Source: Burkholderiales bacterium
Lineage (GTDB): Bacteria > Pseudomonadota > Gammaproteobacteria > Burkholderiales > SG8-39
Reading direction: 5' to 3'
DNA length: 64,000 bases
Assembly: GCA_040902335.1 (NCBI GenBank)
Contig: JBBDXL010000101.1
Location: 24,579 to 88,578, forward strand
Made by a program: the position numbers and the translations under genes
Notes under the pieces: model-generated
Told to the model about the DNA's origin: nothing
What the model saw: the letters and a program-made list of their open reading frames with translations, nothing else
The model's database searches: none
Shown here: in pieces, positions 9,409-18,689 of the stretch
Layout of the letters: every line of letters begins with the position of its first letter
How positions within the stretch are numbered: position 1 is the first letter of the stretch

Positions 9409-11020
9409 CGCGCGCCGCATGATCGGCGGCGTCGTCGAAGGGGTTCAGGACGCGCGCGGCGCCGGCGCGCTCGAGCGCGGCGCCGTGGGCCGGGTCGCGC
9501 GCCACCGCCGCCACCTGGCCCCGGAAGCCGGCTTCGCGCAGCGCGTGCAGCAGCGCGCGGTGCGATTCCCATTGCGGCAGCGTGCTGACGGCCCAGGCCG
9601 ATTCCGCCAGGGGGAGTGACTCCAGGAACGCCGGGTCCTCGGCGTCGCCGAAGCGCACCGCAAAGCCCCGGCGGCGCAGCGCGCGCACCGTCTCCGGATC
9701 GAAGTCGACGCCGAGCGTGTTGACGCCGGCCGCGCGCAGCTGCGCGAGCAGGCGCGCGCCGTAGCGGCCGAGCCCGAAGATCACGACGTCGGGCGCCTCC
9801 TCCGGCCGGCGCTGGCGCTCGACCGCGAGCTCGCGGAACGGCCGGCGCCGCTCGAACACGCGCAGCCAGGGCGCGAGCCGCTCGTACAGGCCGTGCGAGT
9901 ACAGGATCATGTAGGTGGAGAGCGCGATCGTGATCACGCCCACCAGCGTGGTGAGGCCGAGCGCCTGCGGGCCGACGTGGCCGAGCGAGATGCCCATGGC
10001 CACGAACACGATGGAAAACTCGCTGATCTGCGCGACCGTGAGGCCGGCGAGGAAGCCGGTGCGACGGCGGTAGCCCATGTAGCCCATGATGACCATGACG
10101 ATAAGCGGATTGCCGACCAGCACGAACAGCGACAGGACCGCCGCCAGCCCGAGCTCGCCGCCGAGGACCGACAAGTCCAGATTGGCGCCGAGGTCGATGA
10201 AGAAGAACAGCAGCAGGAAGTCGCGGATGCCGGTGAGCCGCGCGGCGATCGCTTCGCGATAGCCCGTCGAGGCGAGCGAGAAGCCGGCGAGGAAGGCGCC
10301 CGCCTCCTTGCTGAAGCCGGCCCACTCGCCGAGCGCCGCGAGGCCCGTGCCCCACGCGATCGCGAACACCAGCAGCAGCTCCTGCGAGCCGGCCATGGCC
10401 TCGGTGACGCGCGGCACGACGTAGCGCACCAGCACGAACATGAGCGCGGCGGCCGCGCCGACCCGCGCCACGAGCGACAGCGCCACCTCGAGCGCCGCGG
10501 CCTCTCCGGCCCCGCGCAGCGCGCTCATCGCCACCATCGCCAGCACCACGGCGATGTCCTGCACGATCAGGAAGCCCACCGCGATGCGCCCGTGCAGGGT
10601 GTCGAGCTCGCGCTTGTCCGAGAGCAGCTTGACGATGATGATGGTGCTCGAGAACGTGAGCGCCACCGCCACGTAGAGCGCCTCCATCGGCGACTTGCCC
10701 ATCAGCAGGATGAGCGCGAAGCCGAACAGGATCGTGAAGCCGAGCTGCCCGAGCCCCGTGGCGAGCGCGACCGGGCCGATGTGGCGCACGCTGTGCAGGT
10801 CGAGCTTCAGGCCGACGACGAACAGCAGCACCGCGACGCCCACCTGGGCGAGCAGCGCGATCTGGTCCTCGGAGCGGACGAAGCCGAAGACGGCGGGCCC
10901 GGCGAGGATGCCGACGACGATGTAGGCGATGAGCACCGGCTGGCGCAGGCGCACCGCCAGCACGCCGGCGAGCGCCGACAGGATCAGCAGGAGCGCGAAT
11001 TCCTCGAACGAGCCGTGCAT
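9341..11020 (-). CDS. CPA2 cation:proton antiporter with C-terminal TrkA-N/RCK domain (Kef-like)
   Basis: 559 aa. About 12 TM segments (MHGSFEEFALLLILSALAGVLAVRLRQPVLIAYIVVGILAGP), then a Rossmann segment DVVIFGLGRYGARLL. Confidence 0.9.
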   Translation of the reverse strand: MHGSFEEFALLLILSALAGVLAVRLRQPVLIAYIVVGILAGPAVFGFVRSEDQIALLAQVGVAVLLFVVGLKLDLHSVRHIGPVALATGLGQLGFTILFGFALILLMGKSPMEALYVAVALTFSSTIIIVKLLSDKRELDTLHGRIAVGFLIVQDIAVVLAMVAMSALRGAGEAAALEVALSLVARVGAAAALMFVLVRYVVPRVTEAMAGSQELLLVFAIAWGTGLAALGEWAGFSKEAGAFLAGFSLASTGYREAIAARLTGIRDFLLLFFFIDLGANLDLSVLGGELGLAAVLSLFVLVGNPLIVMVIMGYMGYRRRTGFLAGLTVAQISEFSIVFVAMGISLGHVGPQALGLTTLVGVITIALSTYMILYSHGLYERLAPWLRVFERRRPFRELAVERQRRPEEAPDVVIFGLGRYGARLLAQLRAAGVNTLGVDFDPETVRALRRRGFAVRFGDAEDPAFLESLPLAESAWAVSTLPQWESHRALLHALREAGFRGQVAAVARDPAHGAALERAGAARVLNPFDDAADHAARVIAAEIAASPARRNPPPTGYAA

Positions 11021-11023
11021 GAG

Positions 11024-11917
11024 CTAGGCGACGAGCAGTACGGGCACGGGGCTCGCCGCCGCCGCCTTCAGCGCCACCGAGCCGAAGAGCGCGTGGTGCG
11101 CGGCGCCGCGCCCGCGCGTGCCGAGGGCGAGGAGCTCGCACTGCGTGTCGCGCGCCAGGCGCGCGAGCTCGGCCGCCGGGTCGCCCGCGACCAGGTGCGC
11201 CTCGTGCTTTACGCCGGCGCGGGACAGCAGGTCGCGCGCCGCCTCGAGGGCCTGCGCGCCCGAGTCGCCGCGCCACTGCGCGAGCGCGTCCTCGTGCGGC
11301 GGCATCATCTTTTCCAGCAGCGTGAGCGGCGGCTGCACATGCGCGAGCTGGATCTCGAGCTCGCCCAGCCAGCCGCGCCAGGAAAGCAGACGCTCCAGCG
11401 CGCGCAGCGCGGGCGGCGAGCCGTCCATGGCGCACAGGATGCGCAGGCGCTCGCCCAGCGCGCGCGGCAGCGCGGCCTCGGGCCCGACGATCAGCGTGGG
11501 CGCGACCCCGCCGTGCGCGACGCGCATGGCCGCCGAGCCGAGCGCGAAGCCGTGCAGCGCGCCGTGCCCGCGCGTGCCCATGACGATCGCCTGCGCGCCC
11601 GAAGCGCGCGCATCGTCGAGCAGCGCCGGGGCCGGCAGGCCGAAGCGCACCTCGCCGCGCGCCGCGATCCCCGCCTGCGCCAGGCGCTCGAGCGCGGGCG
11701 CGAGCGCGCCGCGCCCCGCCTCGGCGAGCGCCGCGTCGAGGGCCGCGGGATCGATGCCCATGCCCGGGAACAGCGTCACCGGCCGCTGCTGCACGTTGAC
11801 CGCGAGCACCTCGAGCCGCCCGCGCTCCCCACGATAGCCCGCCAGCAGCTGCGCGGCGCGCTGCGCCGCCGGCGAGCCGTCGAAGGCGAGCACCAGCCTG
11901 ACCGGACTTTCGCTCAT
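11024..11917 (-). CDS. universal stress protein, tandem UspA domains
   Basis: From ATG 11917 (MSESPVRLVLAFDGSPAAQRA...IVMGTRGHGALHGFALGSAAMRV...LALGTRGRGAAHHALFGSVALK). The ATG overlaps the ATPase stop (ATGA). Confidence 0.85.
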   Translation of the reverse strand: MSESPVRLVLAFDGSPAAQRAAQLLAGYRGERGRLEVLAVNVQQRPVTLFPGMGIDPAALDAALAEAGRGALAPALERLAQAGIAARGEVRFGLPAPALLDDARASGAQAIVMGTRGHGALHGFALGSAAMRVAHGGVAPTLIVGPEAALPRALGERLRILCAMDGSPPALRALERLLSWRGWLGELEIQLAHVQPPLTLLEKMMPPHEDALAQWRGDSGAQALEAARDLLSRAGVKHEAHLVAGDPAAELARLARDTQCELLALGTRGRGAAHHALFGSVALKAAAASPVPVLLVA

Positions 11918-14613
11918 ATGTCCTCCTGCACGACCTGCAGGTCCGCCACCCCCAGGCGGCGCAGCAGCCACTTCTCACCCTCCAGCAGCAGCAGCATGAC
12001 CACGCCGATGCCCACGATCATCGCGCCATCGGCGAGCGACACCGGCCGCGTGGCGAACCACAGTTGCATGAACGGCGCATAGGTGAAGGCAAGCTGCGCG
12101 ACGATCACCGCGGCGAGTGCGATCAGCACCGCCGGCGTGCCGAGCGCGCCGCGCGGCGTGATCGAGGCCTGGTGCAGGTAGCGCACGTTGAACAGGTAGA
12201 AGATTTCCATCACCACGAGCATGTTCACCACCAGGGTGCGCGCCGTCTCCAGGTCGTTGCCCCGCGCGAGCGAATGGAAGAACATCGCCAGCGCGGCGCC
12301 GAGGAACAGGAACGATACCAGCGCCACGCGCCAAAGGAGGAACGGCGACAGCAGCGGCGCCTGCGGCGGGCGCGGCGGGCGGCGCATCACGCCGGGCTCC
12401 GCGGGCTCGAACGCGAGCACCAGCCCGAGCGTCACCGAGGTGACGAGGTTGATCCACAGGATCTGCACCGCGCTCACCGGCAGCACGAAGCCGAAGGCGA
12501 TCGCCGCGATCACGGTGAGCGCCTCGCCGCCGTTGGTGGGCAGCGTCCAGGCGATCACCTTGCGGATGTTGTCGTAGACCGTGCGCCCTTCGTGCACCGC
12601 GTTGACGATGGAGGCGAAATTGTCGTCGGCGAGCACCATCTCCGCGGCTTCCTTGGCGGCTTCCGTGCCCTTGATGCCCATCGCCACGCCGACATCGGCC
12701 TGCTTGAGCGAGGGGGCGTCGTTCACGCCGTCGCCGGTCATCGCCACCACCGCGCCACCCGCCTGCAGCGCGCGCACGATGCGCAGCTTGTGCTCGGGGC
12801 TGGTGCGCGCGAACACCGTGGAGCGCCCCACGGCTTCGGCGAACTCGACCTCGTCCATCGCGTCCAGCTCCGCGCCGGTCACCGCCTGCGGATCGTCCGC
12901 CAGCCGGAGCTGCCGGGCGATGGTCGCGGCCGTCGCCGCGTGGTCGCCGGTGATCATCTTCGCCTCGATGCCCGCCGCGCGGCACTCGGCAACCGCAGCG
13001 ATCGCCTCCTCGCGCGGCGGATCGATGAAGCCGGCGATGCCGAGGAACTCGAGCTCGCTGGCGACGTCCGCCTTGCGCAAGCGCTGCTGCGCGCCCGGCA
13101 GCCGCTTGCACGCGAAGCCGAGCACGCGCTCGCCCGCCGAAGCGGCCTCGGCGATGCGCTTCGCCCAGGCCTCGCGCTCCTCGTCGCCCAGACCCGCCAT
13201 GGCGAGCAACGGCTCGGGCGCGCCCTTCACGTACGCCACCGCGTCGCCGTCGGGCCCGCGGTGCAGCGTGGCCATGTAGCGGTGCGCCGCGTCGAACGGA
13301 ATCTCGTCCAGGCGCGGCCACTCGGCGCGCGCGTGCTCCGGGTTGAGGCCGGTCTTCATGGCGAGCGCCACCAGCGCGCCCTCCATCGGGTCGCCTTCCA
13401 CCGTCCAGGCGCCGTCGCGCTGGCGCAGCTGCGCGTCGTTGCACAGCAGGCCGCAGCGCACCAGCGGCGCGGCCGCCGCGATCGCGGCGGCGTCGTCGTC
13501 GTGGCCGACGGCCTCGAGATCGCCCTCGGGCGCATAACCCGAGCCGCTCACCGCCACGTGGTGCCCGCCGGCGATCACGCGCGTCGCCGTCATCTCGTTC
13601 CGGGTCAGCGTGCCGGTCTTGTCCGAGCAGATCACCGAGGTGGCGCCGAGCGTCTCCACCGCGGGCAGGCGCCGGATGATGGCGTTTCGCGCCGCCATGC
13701 GCTGCACGCCGATGGCGAGCGTGATGGTGATGACCGCGGGCAGCCCTTCGGGCACCGCGCCTACGGCGAGCGCCACCACCGCCATCAGCGCCTCCGGCCA
13801 GCCGTAGCCGCGCACCCCGACGGCGAAGGCGAACACCACTGCCGAGACGGCGAGCGCGACCCACGTGAAGATCAGGCCGAAACGATTGATCTGGCGCAGC
13901 AGCGGCGTGGTGAGCTGCTCCACGCTCTGCAGGAGCGAGCTGATGCGGCCGATCTCGGTGCGCATGCCGGTGGCCACCACCACGCCGCTCGCCTGGCCCG
14001 CGGCGACCAGCGTCCCCGAGTAGGCCATGCCGCGCCGATCGCCGAGCGGCGCATCGGCCGCCACCGGCTCCTCCAGTTTTTCCGCGGCCACCGATTCGCC
14101 CGTGAGCAGCGCCTCGTCGATGAGCAATCCCCGCGCGCGCACCAACCGCAGGTCCGCGGGCACGCGGTCGCCCGCCTCCAGCAGCACGAGATCGCCCGGG
14201 ACCAGCTCCGCCACGGCCACCGACTGGCGGGCACCGTCGCGCCGCACGCTCGCCCTGGGCGAGATCATCCTACGCATCGCCTCGAGCGCGGCTTCCGCCT
14301 TGCCCTCCTGCACGAAGCCGATGACGGCGTTGACCACGACCACGGCGGCGATCACCGCGGCGTCGATGAAATGGGCGAGGATCGCCGCCGCCGCCGCGGC
14401 GACGAGCAGGAAGTAGATGAGCGCGTTGTTGAACTGCGCGAGGAAACGCAGGATCGGGTGCCGGCGCGGCGCTTCCGGCAGCGCGTTCGGGCCGTGCCTC
14501 TTCAGGCGCTCGGCGGCTTCCCCGGCCGACAGGCCCTGCGGGCCGCTGGCGAGGGCGCGCAGCGCCTCCTGCGCGGGAATCGCGTGCCAGTCCTGTCGGG
14601 TAAAGTCGCTCAA
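11914..14613 (-). CDS. P2-type cation-translocating P-type ATPase (SERCA/PMCA-like)
   Basis: CSDKTGTLT phosphorylation motif, TGES, PEGLPAVITITLAIG, TGDGVNDAPSLKQADVGVAMG. The ORF track extends it to 15333, but that part overlaps mgtE. I place the start at TTG 14613, which overlaps the mgtE stop (TTGA) and gives MSDFTRQDWHAIPAQEAL. Confidence 0.93.
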   Translation of the reverse strand: MSDFTRQDWHAIPAQEALRALASGPQGLSAGEAAERLKRHGPNALPEAPRRHPILRFLAQFNNALIYFLLVAAAAAAILAHFIDAAVIAAVVVVNAVIGFVQEGKAEAALEAMRRMISPRASVRRDGARQSVAVAELVPGDLVLLEAGDRVPADLRLVRARGLLIDEALLTGESVAAEKLEEPVAADAPLGDRRGMAYSGTLVAAGQASGVVVATGMRTEIGRISSLLQSVEQLTTPLLRQINRFGLIFTWVALAVSAVVFAFAVGVRGYGWPEALMAVVALAVGAVPEGLPAVITITLAIGVQRMAARNAIIRRLPAVETLGATSVICSDKTGTLTRNEMTATRVIAGGHHVAVSGSGYAPEGDLEAVGHDDDAAAIAAAAPLVRCGLLCNDAQLRQRDGAWTVEGDPMEGALVALAMKTGLNPEHARAEWPRLDEIPFDAAHRYMATLHRGPDGDAVAYVKGAPEPLLAMAGLGDEEREAWAKRIAEAASAGERVLGFACKRLPGAQQRLRKADVASELEFLGIAGFIDPPREEAIAAVAECRAAGIEAKMITGDHAATAATIARQLRLADDPQAVTGAELDAMDEVEFAEAVGRSTVFARTSPEHKLRIVRALQAGGAVVAMTGDGVNDAPSLKQADVGVAMGIKGTEAAKEAAEMVLADDNFASIVNAVHEGRTVYDNIRKVIAWTLPTNGGEALTVIAAIAFGFVLPVSAVQILWINLVTSVTLGLVLAFEPAEPGVMRRPPRPPQAPLLSPFLLWRVALVSFLFLGAALAMFFHSLARGNDLETARTLVVNMLVVMEIFYLFNVRYLHQASITPRGALGTPAVLIALAAVIVAQLAFTYAPFMQLWFATRPVSLADGAMIVGIGVVMLLLLEGEKWLLRRLGVADLQVVQEDI

Positions 14614-15572
14614 ATCCCGAACAACCTTACCACGGCGAAATACACGAGCAGGCTGAGGATGTCCTGGATTACCGTGGCGATCGGCCCGCTGCCGAGCGCC
14701 GGGTCGCGCCCGAGGCGCGCGAGCCACCATGGGAGCAGCAGCCCGAGCGCCGCGGCCATGGTGCCGGCGGCGAAGATCGCGGTGGCCACCGCGCCCGCGA
14801 GGCGCACGTCGCCGAAGGCCACCCAGATGGGAAGGAAGCTGATGAGCCCGAGCGAAGCGCCGATCGCCATGCCGGTGCGCAGCTCGCCCGCGAGCAGGTG
14901 CGCGATGCCGCTGCGCGTGAGCGAAAGCCCGCGCACCGCGACCGCTTCGCTCTGCGTGCCGATCGCGTCCGCCAGGTAGACGATGCCGGGGACGAAAAAG
15001 GCGACGGCAATGTGGGCGCTCAGCGTCGATTCGAACCCCGCCATCGCCATCGTCGCCACCGCCGCGCCGGCGAGGCCCGCGAGCAGCCAGGGCAGGCGGT
15101 GGCGCACGCGCCGCATCGGCGGGTCCTCGATGGCGTGGCGCGCCTGGGACGATTCGCGCTGGATGCCGGCGAGCACGTGCAGGTCCTCTACGTGCTCGCG
15201 GCGCAGCACCTGCATCAGCGCCTGCGCGGGCATCACGCCCAGCGCGCGGCCTTCGGCGTCCACCACGGGCAGCGCGTCCACGCGGTGGTGCAGCGCGAGC
15301 GAGGCCGCATGCTCCTGGTCGGTGTTCGGGCAAACGCGAGGAAAGTCGCGATCCAGCGCCTTGTCGATCGGCTCATCCGGCTGCAGGGCCACCACCCGCG
15401 AGAGCGATGCGGCGCCCAGCAGGTGCCCGTGCGCGTCCACCCCGAGCACCAGCTCGAGGGTGGCGGGCTTCTCCGCGGCGAGCCGCGCGAGCACCGCAGC
15501 CGCGCGCTCGCCGGGCCGCGCGTGCAGCGCCGAGGCGACGACGTGCGCGCCTACGGTTTCGTGGTGCTTCAC
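14610..15572 (-). CDS. mgtE: MgtE-like Mg2+ channel (CBS pair + MgtE TM domain, short N-terminus)
   Basis: C-terminal 320 aa of ORF 14610..15926, from GTG 15572, which overlaps the ACP stop (GTGA). CBS-like region followed by PWLLAGLAGAAVA...DAIGTQSEAVAVRG...GSGPIATVIQDILSLLVYF. Confidence 0.85.
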   Translation of the reverse strand: MKHHETVGAHVVASALHARPGERAAAVLARLAAEKPATLELVLGVDAHGHLLGAASLSRVVALQPDEPIDKALDRDFPRVCPNTDQEHAASLALHHRVDALPVVDAEGRALGVMPAQALMQVLRREHVEDLHVLAGIQRESSQARHAIEDPPMRRVRHRLPWLLAGLAGAAVATMAMAGFESTLSAHIAVAFFVPGIVYLADAIGTQSEAVAVRGLSLTRSGIAHLLAGELRTGMAIGASLGLISFLPIWVAFGDVRLAGAVATAIFAAGTMAAALGLLLPWWLARLGRDPALGSGPIATVIQDILSLLVYFAVVRLFGI

Positions 15573-15808
15573 GCCGACTTGTTCGCGAGGTAGTCCACGA
15601 TCTGCTCGAGCGTGCCGAGCTTGCGGTAGTCGGCCTCGGGGATCTCGATCCTGAGGCGCTCGTTGAGGGCGACGAGGAAGTTGAGCCAGTCCATCGAATC
15701 GAGGTCGACCTGGTCGCGCAGGGGCTTCGCCGGCGCGACGTCCTCCAGCTCGGGCGCGATGCGCTTGAGCTCCGCGAGCACGATCTTCCTGATTTCCTCG
15801 GCATCCAT
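15569..15808 (-). CDS. acyl carrier protein (phosphopantetheine-binding)
   Basis: 79-80 aa. The DLDSMDWLNFLVAL motif contains the Ser for the 4'-PP arm. ATG 15808 shares one base with the E2 stop. Confidence 0.8.
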   Translation of the reverse strand: MDAEEIRKIVLAELKRIAPELEDVAPAKPLRDQVDLDSMDWLNFLVALNERLRIEIPEADYRKLGTLEQIVDYLANKSA

Positions 15809-16953
15809 CACAGATTCTCCGGTTCCTGCAGCAGGGCCGCGAGCGCGGCGAGGAAGCGCGCGCCGCGATGGCCGTCGCTCGCGCGATGGTCGCCGCCGAG
15901 GCTCGCGACCACCGCCGGCACGGCACCGATCATGCCATCTTCGGCCCAGGGGCGAGGCGCGACCCGGCCGAAGCCCACGATCGCCACCTGCGGCGGGAAG
16001 ATGATGGCAAACACTTCATCTACGCCCTGGTCGCCCAGGTTGGTTACGGTGATCGTGGGATCGCTCATTTCGGAGGAGCGCAGCGAGCCCGCGCGCGCGC
16101 GGCGCACGAGGTCGGCGAGTGCCTTCATCAGCTCGTCGAGGCTGCGTTCGGCCACATCGTGGATCGCGGGCGCGATGAGCCCGCCCTGCCTGAGCGAAAT
16201 CGCGATGCCGATATGGATGCCCTGCGCCGGCTCGAAGGCATCGTCCTTCCAGAAGCCGTTGAGATCGGGAAAATCCTTCAGCGCGCGCGCCACCGCCTTC
16301 AGCTGCAGCGCGCCCATCAGCAGCCTCTCGGTGACCGGCCGCTTCTCGTTGTACGTCGTGAGCCAGTCCTGCGCGCGCTGCATCGGGACCAACTGGGACA
16401 GGTAGTAGTGCGGGATCTCGCGCTTGGAGCGGCTCATCGCCGCGGCGATGGCTTTGCGCATCGCAAGCGCCTTGTCGGACGGCGGTGCCGCGGCGGGCGC
16501 GGGCGCCGGCTTTGCCCCGCCCTTCGCCGCTTTCTCCACATCCTCCACGGTCACCGCGCCGTGCGGCCCGCTGCCGGCGAGCGTCTCCACGTCTACACCC
16601 AGCTCGCGCCCATGCTTGCGCGCGGCGGGGGAGACGGGATGCCGTGACGGTGCCGGTGCCGGCGTCGGTGCCGGTGCGGCCGCCGGCGCAGCGGCAGGCG
16701 CTGCAGCAGGCGCCTCGCCGGCGGCGGCGAGCCGCGCCATGACTGTTTCCACCGGAATCGTCTCGCCCGGCTTCGTGATCAGCTCCTGCACCACGCCGTC
16801 CTGCCAGATCTCGACGTCCACGGCGGCCTTGGGCGTCTCCACCACGGCCACCACGTCGCCGCGCTTCACCGCGTCGCCCGGCTTCACCTTCCATTCGATC
16901 AGCTTGCCCTCGTCCATGTCGGCGCCGAGGGAGGGGAGCTTGAATTCGATCAT
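15808..16953 (-). CDS. 2-oxoacid dehydrogenase E2 (dihydrolipoamide acyltransferase) with one lipoyl domain
   Basis: Lipoyl domain (VVAVVETPKAAVDVE), Ala/Pro linker, E3/E1-binding domain (SPAARKHGRELGVDVETLAGSGPHG), and catalytic DHRASDG. Start is ATG 16953 (MIEFKLP, GAGG upstream) or TTG 16962. Confidence 0.9.
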   Translation of the reverse strand: MIEFKLPSLGADMDEGKLIEWKVKPGDAVKRGDVVAVVETPKAAVDVEIWQDGVVQELITKPGETIPVETVMARLAAAGEAPAAAPAAAPAAAPAPTPAPAPSRHPVSPAARKHGRELGVDVETLAGSGPHGAVTVEDVEKAAKGGAKPAPAPAAAPPSDKALAMRKAIAAAMSRSKREIPHYYLSQLVPMQRAQDWLTTYNEKRPVTERLLMGALQLKAVARALKDFPDLNGFWKDDAFEPAQGIHIGIAISLRQGGLIAPAIHDVAERSLDELMKALADLVRRARAGSLRSSEMSDPTITVTNLGDQGVDEVFAIIFPPQVAIVGFGRVAPRPWAEDGMIGAVPAVVASLGGDHRASDGHRGARFLAALAALLQEPENL

Positions 16954-17000
16954 GGCGGTCAACCTCAGGGGCTATGGTGCGTTGCACGCCTGCGCCGGAC

Positions 17001-17014
17001 TTGACCTGGATCAA
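17001..17014. promoter_or_regulatory. FNR-type box TTGACCTGGATCAA
   Basis: Perfect TTGAY-N4-RTCAA. The centre at 17007.5 is 54.5 bp upstream of the E2 ATG 16953, which allows a leader carrying a Shine-Dalgarno sequence. Confidence 0.7.
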
Positions 17015-17099
17015 CTGCGGGGCAAGCCCCGGGTGGGACGCGACGTCGTTTCTGGTGCTCTACAATTCGAACCGCAACGCGACAAAGAACCAGACGCAG

Positions 17100-18689
17100 A
17101 TGCCTCGGCGCACTACCGACAAGAAAAAGCGACGGAAACTTCGGACGTACTCCCGCTCGACCGTCCAAAAACGGAGGCCGTCGCGCGCGCGCCAACTTCG
17201 ACAGGAAGTCGCGTCCTACGCCGTTGGTCGCGATCGGTTCGTCGATACCGTCGGCGACCAGTACAGTGCGCTTCATTCCCCGGCGACGCGCAGGAGAAGG
17301 GGCATCACGTTCACGCCGCCCGAGTTGGTCGAGCAGATGGTGGCGCTTGCACAACGAGGCGGCGTCGACATCAAGCGCATCGTTGATCCAGGTGCGGGAA
17401 CGGGGCGCTTCACAATTGCCGCCGCGCGAGCTTTCCCTGCCGCATCGATCGTGGCGATCGAGTACGACCGCGTGCTGGCCAGTCTGTTGCTGGGCAACCT
17501 CACCGCCGCGGGGCTCGGTGACCGGGTCCAAGTACACGTGGCGGATTTTCGCGCGGCGATGTTGCCGCGCATCGAAGGCGCAACGCTCTTCATTGGAAAT
17601 CCGCCCTACGTGCGGCATCACGACATCGAGTCGTCGTGGAAGCAGTGGTACTCATCCCGGCTGGCGTCGAGGGGCATTCGCGGGAGCCAGCTCGCCGGCC
17701 TGCATGCCCACTTCATGGTGAAGACGTTCGACCTGGCGCAGGAAGGCGATCTCGTCTGCTATGTGACCTCCGCTGAATGGCTCGACACCCACTACGGGTC
17801 GGCGCTGAGAGCGCTCTTGCTCGCCGCGGCCCGCGACATCGACATTGTGCTGTTGGATCGCGCATCACCCGCGTTCGCGGACGCAATGACCACGTCGGCC
17901 GTCTTGTCGTACCGCCACTTGCGGGGCGCATCGTCGGTGAACCTAAGGCTGATCGCCTCGATTCGAGAGTTGTCGAGCGTCCCTGCATCTGCAGGGGTCC
18001 GAAAGCGGGACCTTTCTCATTTTGATGCATGGAGCAGATTCGCAACCGCTGGTCCCACAGCGGATGTCGGTTCTGCCGCGAGGTTGGGCGATCTATTCTC
18101 GGTTCATCGGGGTCAGGTCACGGGAAACAACATGATCTGGGTCGAGGGCCGGTATCCAGGACTGCTTCCTGATCAGGTCCTCTTCCCCACCGTCACGCGA
18201 GCCAGAGATTTGCTCGATCTCGGATCGGACCGCCTGCTCGAAGTAACGACCCTGAAGCGGGTTGTCGATCTCCCTGCAGATTGGTCGCGAAGCGCGGATC
18301 TCGAGGCCGGGCAGATCCGGAGATTCATCGACTGGGCCGGCAAGCATGGCGGGCGCGACAGCTATATCGCGCGGCACCGCAAACCATGGTTCAAGGTGGG
18401 CCTGCGCGAACCGGCGCCCATCATCATGACCTACATGGCGCGCAGGTCGCCCAGGTTCGTCCGCAATCTGTGCGGAGCCCGCTTGATCAATATTGCCCAT
18501 GGCCTGTATCCGAGAGAACCGATTCCCGCGACCGATCTCGATCTCATCACGAAGTGGCTGAACGCGAACGTGTCGCGCGACGGCGGCCGCACGTATTCCG
18601 GGGGCCTGACGAAGTTCGAGCCCAGGGAAGTCGAAAGACTTCACTTACCGGTGCTTGAAGAGTTACGGACCCCAGGAACTGCCTCGTGA
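17100..18689 (+). CDS. N6-adenine DNA methyltransferase, gamma class (Eco57I/TaqI-like), type II RM
   Basis: ORF 16974..18689. Motif I VDPGAGTGRF comes about 90 aa before motif IV GNPPYV. A TaqI-like C-terminal specificity region follows. The likely start is ATG 17100 (MPRRTTDKKKRR). Local GC is about 60% versus about 72% in the flanks. Confidence 0.85.
   Translation: MPRRTTDKKKRRKLRTYSRSTVQKRRPSRARQLRQEVASYAVGRDRFVDTVGDQYSALHSPATRRRRGITFTPPELVEQMVALAQRGGVDIKRIVDPGAGTGRFTIAAARAFPAASIVAIEYDRVLASLLLGNLTAAGLGDRVQVHVADFRAAMLPRIEGATLFIGNPPYVRHHDIESSWKQWYSSRLASRGIRGSQLAGLHAHFMVKTFDLAQEGDLVCYVTSAEWLDTHYGSALRALLLAAARDIDIVLLDRASPAFADAMTTSAVLSYRHLRGASSVNLRLIASIRELSSVPASAGVRKRDLSHFDAWSRFATAGPTADVGSAARLGDLFSVHRGQVTGNNMIWVEGRYPGLLPDQVLFPTVTRARDLLDLGSDRLLEVTTLKRVVDLPADWSRSADLEAGQIRRFIDWAGKHGGRDSYIARHRKPWFKVGLREPAPIIMTYMARRSPRFVRNLCGARLINIAHGLYPREPIPATDLDLITKWLNANVSRDGGRTYSGGLTKFEPREVERLHLPVLEELRTPGTAS

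Noticed and set aside
6932-12082. Long ORFs 6932..9169(-), 9234..11978(-), 9893..12082(+) and 8452..9420(-)
   Set aside because: All are Arg/Ala/Gly/Pro or Arg/Glu/His repeats lying opposite the NOX-like, USP and antiporter genes. They are GC-driven open frames.
12064-14979. 971-aa + ORF opposite the ATPase. Similar giant ORFs at 25307..27796(-), 46026..48542(-), 49673..52753(+), 56133..58454(+) and 60494..62935(-)
   Set aside because: Their sequences are low-complexity (Arg/Ala/Gly/His/Asp-rich) with no family motifs. Each is antisense to a gene with clear homology signatures.
14614-15333. N-terminal 240 aa of track ORF 11914..15333 (P-type ATPase extension)
   Set aside because: The extension is Arg/Pro/Gly junk and fully overlaps the mgtE coding frame. 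The ATPase homology begins at the TTG 14613 start.
16630-16720. Repetitive GCN/CCN DNA that looks like a tandem repeat
   Set aside because: It encodes the Ala/Pro-rich flexible linker (AAPAAAPAAAPAAAPAPTPAPAP) between the lipoyl and subunit-binding domains of E2. This is a normal feature, not a repeat element or a CRISPR array.
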